In this document: positions 24,363 to 35,814 of the stretch, piece by piece
Layout: each line of letters begins with the position of its first letter
How positions within the stretch are numbered: position 1 is the stretch's first letter
Source of the DNA: Cenococcum geophilum
Lineage: Eukaryota
Assembly: GCA_050273025.1 (NCBI GenBank)
Contig: CP158635.1
Coordinates: 10,168,001-10,232,000 of the forward strand
Reading direction: 5' to 3'
DNA: 64,000 nucleotides
Made by a program: the position numbers and the translations under genes
The notes under the pieces: model-generated
The model's input: the letters and a program-made list of their open reading frames with translations, nothing else
Databases searched by the model: none
What the model was told of the DNA's origin: nothing

Positions 24363-25900
24363 ATAAAAAGGATAAGGTCTAGTCTTTTATAATATATCTA
24401 TATAGGGTGTTTGCTAATTAAGACGTTAAGTAAGGCCTCTACTGTAGTATTAGAACGTCGCTAATTCGTTCTAAGGTCTTCTAAGTAGTTTACTATACGA
24501 TTAATAAGCCTATATATTAAACTAATCCTATATAGCTTTATATAGCCTATACTACTATTAAGTAGCGCGTACTTAAGTAACTTAAAGTTATAGTCCTCCT
24601 TAATTAAAATTAACTCTGCTTTAGTAAAGGCGTTAGCAATAACTAGGTAATGGCTTTATAGCTATTTAGTAAAGGCGCTAAGCTTACTATTTAATTATTT
24701 AATATTGCTATAGGTGGGACTACTAGGTAGTAGGTTTATAGGTATAGTTAGGGGTAGATAGTAATAGGTAGGCGTTTTAGAGGATAAAGCTGGAACTAAT
24801 AGAGCGCTTTATAATAACGGCACTAATAAAGATCTTGTATTTGGTATAGGGTCCACTATAAAATAACTATTAGCGATAGTTAGTTATACGGAAGGAGGCA
24901 TTGCCGCCTATATAGTATTCTGCATCTATTATAGCATCTATTAGTTCTACTACCGTATCTAGTTTATTAAAACCGTTACCGCCACTAATTGGTCTTGCTG
25001 CGGAATAGGATTGGCTGGTGATTATATAACTATAGTATAAGCCTCTCCTTATTACTGCCGTTGTCTTAGGGGGGAGCTTATTAATTTATTTGTGCTGCTA
25101 GAGTTATCTTAACGGTGCTTATAGCTATCCGACTTTATATCTTTTTTATCCTCCTTATCCTATATACGTTTACTATACCTAATCTTTAATAGTAGCGGTA
25201 GATCTAGGAAGTTAAGCGTGGCTTTCTTCTGTTTAATTGCTTCTAACTAGCGCGCCTAGTAGTAAGTATATAATAGGTAGTGCTTTAATTTAAATTTAAG
25301 ATAGTATATAATACTATACTTTTTATTCTTATAGTGCTGTTAAAGGTAGTAATAACGTTTAATTAGCGGGTATATATGCTTGCCTTTAACTTCTATATAG
25401 TTACGTCGTTTAGCAGCCTCTTTCTATATTTTAGTAGTGGTAGTTAATCTCTTCTTTTTACTAATAACTTCCTCCACTATACCTTCGTAATCCTTACTAG
25501 AGGACCCTACTTTCTTACCGGCCGCTGCTTTAGTTAGAAAACCTACTACTTAAAGCGCTGCCTTAACACGCGCATTAACAGCCGCATTAACAGCCGTAGC
25601 AATTTTAGCATCTCTGGCTTTAGTAGACGCGTTAATAGCCGTAGCAGCGGTCTTATATCTAACTATAAAATTAACCTAAAAAGCCTTCCTTGCGTACTTT
25701 AATTGTATCTCTATTATTCCCTTTACTTTACGCCATTTATCTATATTATTAACTTCTTTAGGTATTATAGGATCCTTTAGACTTAATGTAATAATAGCAG
25801 TTAATTAATTAAGCTAGAAAAAATAAAGGCTATAATATTTGCTAGCTTAACGCGTATTTTCGGCAATAAACTTTTAGAATTTAAAGACTCTAAATAAAAC

Positions 25901-28900
25901 TGTTACGAACGCTTTAAGTACAATGTTACGACTACTTGGAGAAGAGTTAGAAGAAGCTAGTTGGTTAATATAAGCACGGTTAAGGATAGAACCCGTGGAA
26001 CCATATGACGAGGAATAGTAAGCAGAGTTACGTAACGTAATCTGTATAATCTATATAATCTATAAGATCTATTATAGAGCGAACAGAGTAGATAGAGCGG
26101 ATAGAGCAATGACTTTCTTAGGAGTACGGTTATGTATTTAAGGACCCTTAGTCCCTACCTAGATAGTTCCTTTCTTATAGTAATTCTTAGAATATAATTA
26201 GAGTTAATCTGTTAGGCAACCACTCCACTAGTTATTATTACGTTGTTAACTATTGTCTTTGCATTTCCTATACACCTAGCCTATTAACAGAACCCATTAT
26301 AGTTTCTCCTATAAGGTTCTGTTATATAATTACTACCTAGTTACGGTATTAAATATAAAGTTGAATAATATGTCACTAAAAGCAGCTACTACCACGCTAT
26401 TAACGGCGGCAACTACTTTAAGGTTAGGGGGTGATACTAGTATAGTGGACACAGACTCGCAACAACCTATGACGGTAGGATAATTATAGGAAATAGTGGA
26501 TTGATTAACAGAAAATAATACGGTACTTAAAAACAGACTTAATAGAATTGGAGTAGTAAAGGTTAAGTTACTATTAATTAAACGATTCTTAGGAGAGAGA
26601 TTAAAGCTTAAAGGATTTCTAACGCAGATGCATTTTAAAGTCATGTAAGAAGGGGCTAAGTTAGCCATAATAATAGACTAGATAGCCTACGCAGGACTAT
26701 TCCTAATAGGTTAGGCACTTAAATAGTTTAAGCCCTACTTAACAGAAATATAGACTAATGGGATAACTACTGCTAATTAAGAAGTATGATTTATGTTTTC
26801 TAGCTAGGTAGGATTCGCGGAACAATTAATATAGATATTTAGGGACCCGGAAGTAACGACTATAGTAAAGAGAAAGCTTTAGGACCTAATATAGCGAACT
26901 TTAGTAATTAAGTACATGATATAGTTTTAAACACTTATAATATAGGTTAAATGGAATAATAAGGCGCTTATAGCATAGTATAAATAAGGACTTAAGGCTA
27001 AAGTCTAGGACGTAATTATTCTAATAGAAGATGTGGACACCCTAAGGGAATTAATAGATTAAGTAATTAAGATTAATAATAGGATCTTCTAAAGGGAATA
27101 GGCTAAGAAAGGCTAGGATAGAGTTTTATAGTTATATAAGACGTAGAATACGTAACGACTAAAGTTAAGTTAGAAACTATGGTATAGCGCAGAGCTAATG
27201 GACCTAAGTGGCACTAAAGAAGCCTATAAGAGATGGAGTAAAAAACTATAAAAACCTAGAGGTTAGGGATCTAGTAATTATAGGACTAAGGAGTAGAGGC
27301 TAAACCAGGGATCTTAATAGCAGAAGATATTTAGGCGGACTTTATAATAAAGTTAATGGTTTAGAGATAGAGTTTATATAAATTGCGGAAAATAGGGTTA
27401 CTTTATAAGGGATTATAAAGATAGTTAGAGTTACTATATAATAAAGGGAACTAGACTAATAGTAGAAGACATATACGTATAGAGGGACGATAGTGTACTA
27501 TAAGGAATAAAAGAGTGTTTAATTAAAAGCTTTACGTTTTGTTATAATAACGTATACCAAATTTATAAAGACGCTAAGTATAGTGCAAGCTATTAGCTAT
27601 AAGAGCTAGAGTTAAGAGGACTTAAAGGAACTATAAAGTTAGATAAAGAATAAGATCAACTTTACGAGCTGGATTAAGATGTTATAGTAATATACGGATA
27701 ATAATTAGTAATAATAACAATAGAGTTAGAGTACTTATTAATTAATAGCGACGAGGATAGTAAGGGAACTAACTAGGAGTATTTAAACCTTAATAACGTA
27801 ATAGAAGTAGAGACTAAGACCGCTATAAAGTAAGGTTTAGTAACGGGTATTATAATACCGTTAAATATAGTATTTATCGCTTTACAAGATGGAAGGAGTA
27901 ATATCTAGAAACGATTAAGTAGACAAACAACTACTAGTGCTAGCTTACTACTTAATAAAGGCAAAAGGCCAAAGGCTTAAAATTCTTAAGACGAGATAAG
28001 AGATAACTAAGATTCTTAAGACGAGATAAGGCATACCTAAAGACCCACAACGGACGAAAACTAATAGAGTAGGGTAGTAGCTTAGTTCAAAGATATACAA
28101 ATAAGCTTAGGATAAGAATTCCCAACGGTATAAGATTCTTAAGACGAGATAAGTAAGATCTAGGACTCTTAAGATGAGATAAGGATACTAAGTAAGCCTA
28201 GTTAGACTAAGGCTGGAGCTAAGCTTAAGACAGAAGTAAGCTTAGGATTAAAGAATCTAAGGGATTAAGAATTTGGAGTATAAATTAGAACACCCACAAA
28301 TAAGAGGCAAGGAGCTTCTTTATAGATTAGAAAATCTGCAGTATAAATAGCAACTAGACTAGGAGACAGATATATAGACCTAGAGGACTTACTAGGGGAA
28401 TATAGTATTTAGCCTAAAGATTAAAAAGTTAATACTAAGATTAAGAAGTAAAGAGACTTTAAGGATTTACTTATAAGACGCGACATAAAAGAAACTATAA
28501 AGGAATTTAGAGTAAGAATTACCTTATAGCAAGAACAGAAACTAGATAAGAGATCTAGCATATTAGGACGTATAAGGGACAGAGTGCTAGTATAAAGGAT
28601 TACTAATAGGCCTAGAGCAGGCACACTAAGAGCTAAGTGGCTTACTAAACTGGAATAAGAAGAGAATTTAGGGATTCCTACTAGGTTCAAAGAATAATAT
28701 ACTAAAGGCTATTACAACGCAGTAATAAAGAAATATTTCCTTACGGACAAGCCGTATACACTTAAGCAGCTATATTAAAGGTGGTATAGGCAATAATATA
28801 ATAATAAGTGGGAGGATTTCTATATATGGTTAGATGAAAAAGTTATCTAAGACCACTTAATTATAGAGAAGGCTATAACTTATATTAAGGGAGCCTTAAT

Positions 28901-31900
28901 TATAATATTAAAGGATTTAGAGGAGTAATTAGAGGACTAGAGAAGTAAAAGATGTATCTTAGTACCTGCAAACGAAGTTACAACGCTTAGATTAACACAA
29001 GAGAGGTTTAAACTTAAAGATAAAGATAAGCCGAGAGTTAACCTAAAACATTAAGTATATTATATACTATTATAGATAGTATATATAGATAATGCGTGTA
29101 ATATATATAGAGCACTAAAAGATAAAAATTAGAAGTATCTAATAAGGATATATTAGATAACAGATAAGGTAAAGTATTAAAACGCTAAGTATATGCATAG
29201 TTGGCACCTAGTAGAAGTTTAAGAATAAGGAGACTTAATACTTTAACCCAGAAGATTCCTTACGGAAGAATGCCTAGATAGACAATAATGGTAGGAATGT
29301 CTAAAGAATACCTATCTATAGTATATTAAAGACAAAAAACGAATTAAGTATTAGCCTAAGTTAGACTAAGTATAAATAGGATCTAGTAGCTAATAGTTAG
29401 GAAAAGTGGAGGCCTATAGGACTAGAGGGAGCCAGTAGTAGAGCCTTAGACCCTTAAAGGAATTTAAGGACAACACCTAAATTTATAAGTTAAATAGTAA
29501 GATTAATAGTTTGAGGCGCTAATAGATAGTAGAGTAATAAGAAACTATATCTCGCTAATAGCAGTTAAAAGAATGGGATTATTATACAGATAGAAGGAAC
29601 GTTCTTACCTATTAGTAATAATTTTAGGAGATCCAATAGCCTATGGAGGAGGCATTATTAATCTTAAAATAGGACCTATTTAGCTAACTATCGAAGGGAG
29701 ATAAATTAAGATGTCTTTCGATATATTACTATTGGGGAATAATAAGGCAGTATTAGGAATGCCTTAGTTATAGGAATATAATTTAAAGATTAATTAGATT
29801 ACAGGTTAGGTCAATATTAAGGATACTTAATACTATAAGATACAACAACAAGCTAAGATAGTATAGTACTAAGTAGGAGCGACCTATAAAGAAATAGAAA
29901 AAGGGCTAAGCTATATACTAAAGAGATACTATAAGTATAGTAAGAAACTATAGTTACCTAAGAGTAAAAAGCTATTAGAGTATATAGTATGGGACTATAA
30001 AATAGAATTAGAACTAGGAATAAGTCTAAGGTTCTTTCCAATCTATAAGCTTACTAAAGAGGAAGGTAGAGCATTAAAAGAGTTTATCTAAGAAAACTTA
30101 TAAAAGGGATATATTAGACTATCGCAGTTATTAGCGGGTTATCTAGTACTGTTTATACTAAAGAAGAATAGTAAACTAAGGCTGTATATTAACTATAGAT
30201 AGCTAAACAGCATTACTAGAAAGGATAGGTATCTTTTACCCTTAATTAGCGAGATCTAAGATAGGATAGGTAACGCGTAAATCTTTATAAAGATAGATCT
30301 AAAATAGGCGTACCACTAGATTAGAATTAAGGAAGGCGACAAATAAAAGGCAGCCTTTAGGTTAAAGGAAGGACTGTATAAACTATTAGTTATATAATTT
30401 AGGCTTATAAATACACTAGTAACGTTTTAGAAGCATATTAACAATATATTAAGAGAACACTTAGATGAATTTATTATAGTATACCTTAACGACATTATTA
30501 TCTACTTAATAACTAAGGAAGAATACGGGGAATACGTTAAATAGGTATTAAGGAGACTATAGGAAGAATAGATGCTAGTAGCAATTAAGAAATACGAATT
30601 CTTTATAAGGAAGACCAATTTTATTAGATTTATTATTAAACTAGGCCAACTTAGTATAGATCTAAAGAAGATTAAAGCTATAGTAAATTGGCAAGAACTG
30701 GAGAACGTTACGTAGTTAAGGTCATTTCTAGGGTTTTACAATTACTGCAGAAGGTTTATAGCGCAGTAGTTAAAGGATATTAAACCACTTATACGATTAA
30801 TAAAGAAAGAAGAACTATAGGCATAGGGAGAGGAATAGTAGGGACTCTTTAAGAAAGTTAAAGAGTTGTTTACCTAAGAGCCAGTTCTTAAGATCTATTA
30901 ACTAGAACTAAAGACGGTTATAGAAATAGATGCATTAGACTTTATATTAGGAGCATGTTTTATATAAAGACATTTAGATAGATAGCATTTAGTGGCATAT
31001 TATAGTTAAAAGATAATACTACTAGAGTTAAACTATAATATCTATAATAAGGAGTTGTTAGGTATAGTTGCAGTATTAAAGGAATAGAGAGCATTCTTGC
31101 AAGGCATAGAAAAACTATTTATAGTTAAAACGGATTATAAGAACCTAATAGGATTCCTAATAATAAAGGAACTTAACTAAAGATAGGTTAGATGGGTAGA
31201 GATGCTTATAGAATACCATTTTAAAATTTAGTATACTAAGGGTACAAAGAATACACGAGTAGATGCTCTAAGTAGAAAGACTAAATTATAAAATAATAAT
31301 AAGCCATTAGGGGCTTTACTACAAAAAGATATAGATGGATTAATTAGGTATAATTATCTAAAGATTATAGCAACTTAAGAGAATAAGTTAGAAAAAGTCT
31401 ATAAGATACTAGAAAGCTTTTAGGTATAAAGAATTCTAAAAGAGCAGCTAGAAGACCTATAGTTAGAAATGTATAAAAATTAAGAGGTAAAGTATATCCT
31501 AAGAAGTATAGTAGAGTAGTTTATAGAGGACTTCTATAAGGGACTAACTTAAGGATATAACGGAGCTACGGGCTTAGTATTAAGACTCTAGGAGGAGTAT
31601 ATTATTAATAGAATCTAGAGGATAGCTAAAAAGGTTACTAAAGAGTGTCTAGATTACTAAAGGAATAAACTAATAAGGCATAAGCCGTACGGAGGGCTAT
31701 AACCTATTAAAATACCAGAGAGACTATAGGAGGTTATATTATGGGACTTTATTATTAAGTTACTAAAGTTAAGAGATCCTATTACCGGATAAGATCACGA
31801 CGCAATCTTAGTAATAGTAGATAAGCTTATAAAGTGGGGATACTTTATAGCATATACAGAAGAAATCTTAGCGGAAGATGTCGCTAGAATCTATATTAAA

Positions 31901-33930
31901 GAAGTGTTTATAAGATATAGAGCACTAAATAAGATTATATTAGATAGAGATTTAAGATTCGTAGCAGCATTTTAGGAGGTATTCTTGGCGGAGTAAGGAG
32001 TTCGAGCAGTAACTTCTACCGCATATTATCCGTAGATAGACGGTTAAATAGAAAGATTAAACTAGACACTAGAATAGTATCTAAGATATTATATTAATTA
32101 CGCGCAGAATAATTGGGTATTGCTATTACCAGTTATATAGTTTGCATATAATATAACACCATAAGAAGGAATGGGTATGTTACTATTTAAGGCGAATTAC
32201 AGGTATAAACTAAGAACATTATTATCGCCACGTTAAGTAAAGAAAATAAGTAGTAGAGCTAAGTAAAGAATGGAGATTTTAATAAATCTTTATATAAACC
32301 TTATAGAAACAGCTAAGGTAGTATAGCAAAGAATGAAAAAATACTACAATACTAGGAGATCTGAGGGACTAGATCTTAAGGAGGGGGATAAAGTATGGCT
32401 ACTATATAAAAATTTTAAGAGTTAACGACTAAGTAAGAAATTGGACTATATTAGACTAGGACCTTTTAAAATTACATAAAGGATTTTACCGGTTACGTTT
32501 AAGTTAAACCTACTAGCTAAAATAAAGATCTACCCTATATAGTATATTGCGATGCTAGAGCTAGTATATAGGAATGTTAAGCTACCGGTTTATAAAGCAG
32601 ATACGTATAGAGGATAGGAAGAAGATAAATAGCAAGTTTTGAAGATTGTTAGTTATAAGGATATTAACAATGAAATATAGTACGAGGTTAAGTGGATAGG
32701 CTATACTAAGACTACCTAGGAGCTACTAGAAAATTTAAAGAATGCTATAGGAAAGGTATAGGAGTATTGGAAGAAAAAGGATTAGGTAATATTAATAAAG
32801 GGAAATCGCCAAAGAATGAGCCACTTAAGGGGGATATAAGAGGAGCGACTACTGAACTACTTGGAGTTGTTTCCTATATTATAGGAGGAGAGTTAGTTTT
32901 CTTATTACCTAGTTCCTAAAGGCCTTATTCTATAAGCTTCTACTCCTTAGAACGAACCTTCTTATAAACGCGTTAAAGACGCTGAACTTTTATAAAGGTA
33001 GACTGCTAAGCCTTAAGGGCATAAGCAGATTCTTCGGATTGATAATAGGCTTCCGCCAGCGCCGCGGTAAGATTACCCTTAAGTTTTTCTGCCTTAGATT
33101 AAATATAAGACCCTAAGATAAATTAATTAGGGAACTAGACGACTATTAAGAGTAATAGGTTATATATATTTAGCATTAGAGATAGAGCGAATATTATAGG
33201 ACGAATGAATATTCGCTTTAGTGCACTCTAAGTAAGAGGACGGCTATTGCGAAAAAGGACTCGCTAGCGCAATATAAACTAACCCCTCTTTTGCATAATA
33301 AGAACACGGAGATGATATTATCTCACTAAGAGATAATATTATAGCAACGGTATGAGACCGACGGGCTATAGAAGAAGAAGTAGGTGCTTTAGGTATTATA
33401 AGTAATAATATTAACTAAATTAATTAGACGGATATTATACCTCTAGTGAATGACTTAGAGATGCTAGGTATCTTTAAGGACGAAGATAGAGAGAAGGGAG
33501 ATGGTGTTACGAACGCTTTAAGTACAATATTATAACTACTTGGAGAAGAGTTAGAAGAAGCTAGTTAGTTAATATAAGTATAGTTAAGGATAGAACCCGT
33601 GGAACTATATAACGAGGAATAGTAAGTAGAGTTATATAACGTAATCTGTATAATCTATATAATCTATAAGATTTGTTACAGAGTGAATAGAGTAGACAGA
33701 GTAGATAGAGCAACAACTTTCTTAGGAGTATGGTTATGTATTTAAGGACCCTTAGTCCCTACCTAGATAGTTCCTTCCTTATAGTAATTCTTAGAATATA
33801 ATTAGAGTTAATCTATTGGGCAACCATTCCACTAGTTGTTATTACGTTGTTAACTATTGTCTTTGCATTTCCTATACACCTAGCCTATTAACAGAACCCA
33901 TCGTAGTTTCTCCTATAAGGTTCCGTTACA
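25901..33930 (+). mobile_element. Full-length Ty3/Gypsy chromovirus LTR retrotransposon, RIP-degraded, nested in transposon copy 1
   Basis: 426-bp LTRs at 25901-26326 and 33505-33930 (TG...CA; left end reads TA); 5-bp TSD AAAAC; polypurine tract GAGAGAAGGGAGATGG. Order: gag, protease, RT (YLND from YLDD at 30482), RNase H, integrase (GPF), chromodomain (YEVKW.GY...TWE ~32680-32720). Confidence 0.95.
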
Positions 33931-35814
33931 AAAACGGGTAAAATATTGCTAAATAGCGTTATACTATTAGCGTACACAGCTATACTTAAAAAAAAGGTTT
34001 AAGAGCCTTTAGACTGTTCTATAGCAGTAGAAGGCATTAGTGTAGATTTAACGGTAAGGTCTACTTCTTAAGGCGCTTTAGAAGTATTCTTTATAGTATT
34101 CTTAGGTGCTTTGGCTCTCCTCCTGTGTGCTATAGCGCTAACTATAATAGGTAAAAATATAGGCTTTGAATAGCTTCAAAAAATAGGCGACGGCGATGTA
34201 TTAGTATGGAGGATGGGTGGTGTCATGCGCGGGTACAGAAAAGTGGTTCAAACAGGTGAGGATTCGGTAAATTTCTGTGGTTGATCATGGTTTCTGACAT
34301 AAACCCATCCTTTTCCGAAGCGACTGTAGGTAGATTGCACGATAGGCTCTCTAATTTGACCTTAGGCAAATCGTATATCCAAAGGACTGGATTTGCAAAA
34401 CAGCATGGCCCTAGTGCCAGTGTCCTGTCGCAAGACTAAAAAGCCTATTGTAATTATAGTTGACTACAAATTAAGTGAGAGGATTGACTAAGGTTCCTTT
34501 ATTGTCGTACCACCTCCTTCAGCGTTTTAGCTATCCCGCTGTCACATCTGTAAGCATCTCTACCCATCGACGGCTAGGATTTAGTTTATCTGGTTTCGGT
34601 CAAGCAGCTCTCGGGAGCATGTCAGATAGCTATCGATAACAGACTACAGCCTATCAGTAGGTACCAGTACCTGCCGTCGTACGCATCCGACTTCACGAAC
34701 GTAGGATTTTATCAACCCACACAACTATCTCCCACGCCGACTTACCCTCCTTCCTTTGTCTTGGACTGGTCTTAACCTAGATGAATTCTATCCGATCCCA
34801 AAGACTCGCAGCACGCCACAATCACCATGTAATGTCCTGACACTGTCTCGTGCAGCCGCATGTGCTACTTTCGTGCGCATGGCGGCTCGCGAACATCGAG
34901 GCAGCGATCTACGCCACATACTCATTTTAGACCTTGCAAAGGTTCTCACTTACGGTCTTTTCGGCATGAGCTATGATGGCGACTATATGGAATTTAAGGC
35001 CGATGACGAACCCGAAGTGGAAGCAGAGCGGTTGTAGAGGGAAAGGGCGGTTGATGAAATCAAGCGGTGGAGCTGGAGAGATGATGAGTGCTAGATTGGG
35101 AATGCGTTTGGTGGCGATAGTTGCGGGACAAGCGAAGTATGAAGATCTACCTTATTGCGCGCTGCATATGACGGAGAAATAAAGCCGAAAGATTCAAATG
35201 TGGGTAGAATAGTCTGAAACGGGCCTGGGCAGAAGTTACGCTAATACGCGACCGAACAAGAGTAGGTCTCGCAACTCCCGGAAATGCGAAACTTGAGTAT
35301 TGGGTACTGCCACCTCTGCCATTGTGACGGAGAGAAGGTCGTAATGGCTGGGAATGGCTCATTATAGGTGGATATTTATGTTGGATATTTCAAAATACTT
35401 CGCCCGTAGCAGCTTCCCACATGATATTCACATAATCAATTCACTTCTAGCTTGGCTGACTATTGTGTTGAGCGGTGTGAGTCGGGGTCAGTCCACACAG
35501 GAAAAATGTGATAAGACATTTGTAGTCACTTCGCTTCGTTCCTTCTTGATAAAGTGCTCACATGGTTCTATTTGTAGAGAAAACTTTATTGCAATCGTAA
35601 CAATGATACATACTCTATTTATAAAGGTAGCTACGCCAGCTCCACAAAAACAATAAAAGAAACCCCAACCACCGCGGTAAGAACAGACGCGCCAACCCTA
35701 TGAAGATGATAAAAGATATCCCAACGCCCCGACGTGAACGTCAAATATAATGAACACAAACGAAAACTATTCCAACTCTACACCTCCCCGCTCTAAGATC
35801 CTATCAAGATCCTA

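Larger units (their letters stand above)
23141..34326 (+). mobile_element. Tc1/IS630-like DNA transposon copy 1 (RIP-degraded; ~3.15 kb without the nested Gypsy)
   Basis: Perfect 114-bp TIRs at 23141-23254 and 34213-34326 starting CAGTCGCTTCGG, with TA on both sides. Transposase relics RWSLLPAYT (~23885-23910) and FLLIYPILI*LKLL / PPY.PDFN.I-like (~24170-24210). Confidence 0.9.

Noticed and set aside
26333..28690. ORF-track calls inside the AT-rich blocks (also 56044-61243)
   Set aside because: Chance frames in RIP-mutated retroelement sequence.
34600..35660. Small ORFs between the transposon and the NRPS 3' end as cluster genes
   Set aside because: Under ~100 aa, no recognisable motif or coherent splice model; at most a gene relic.
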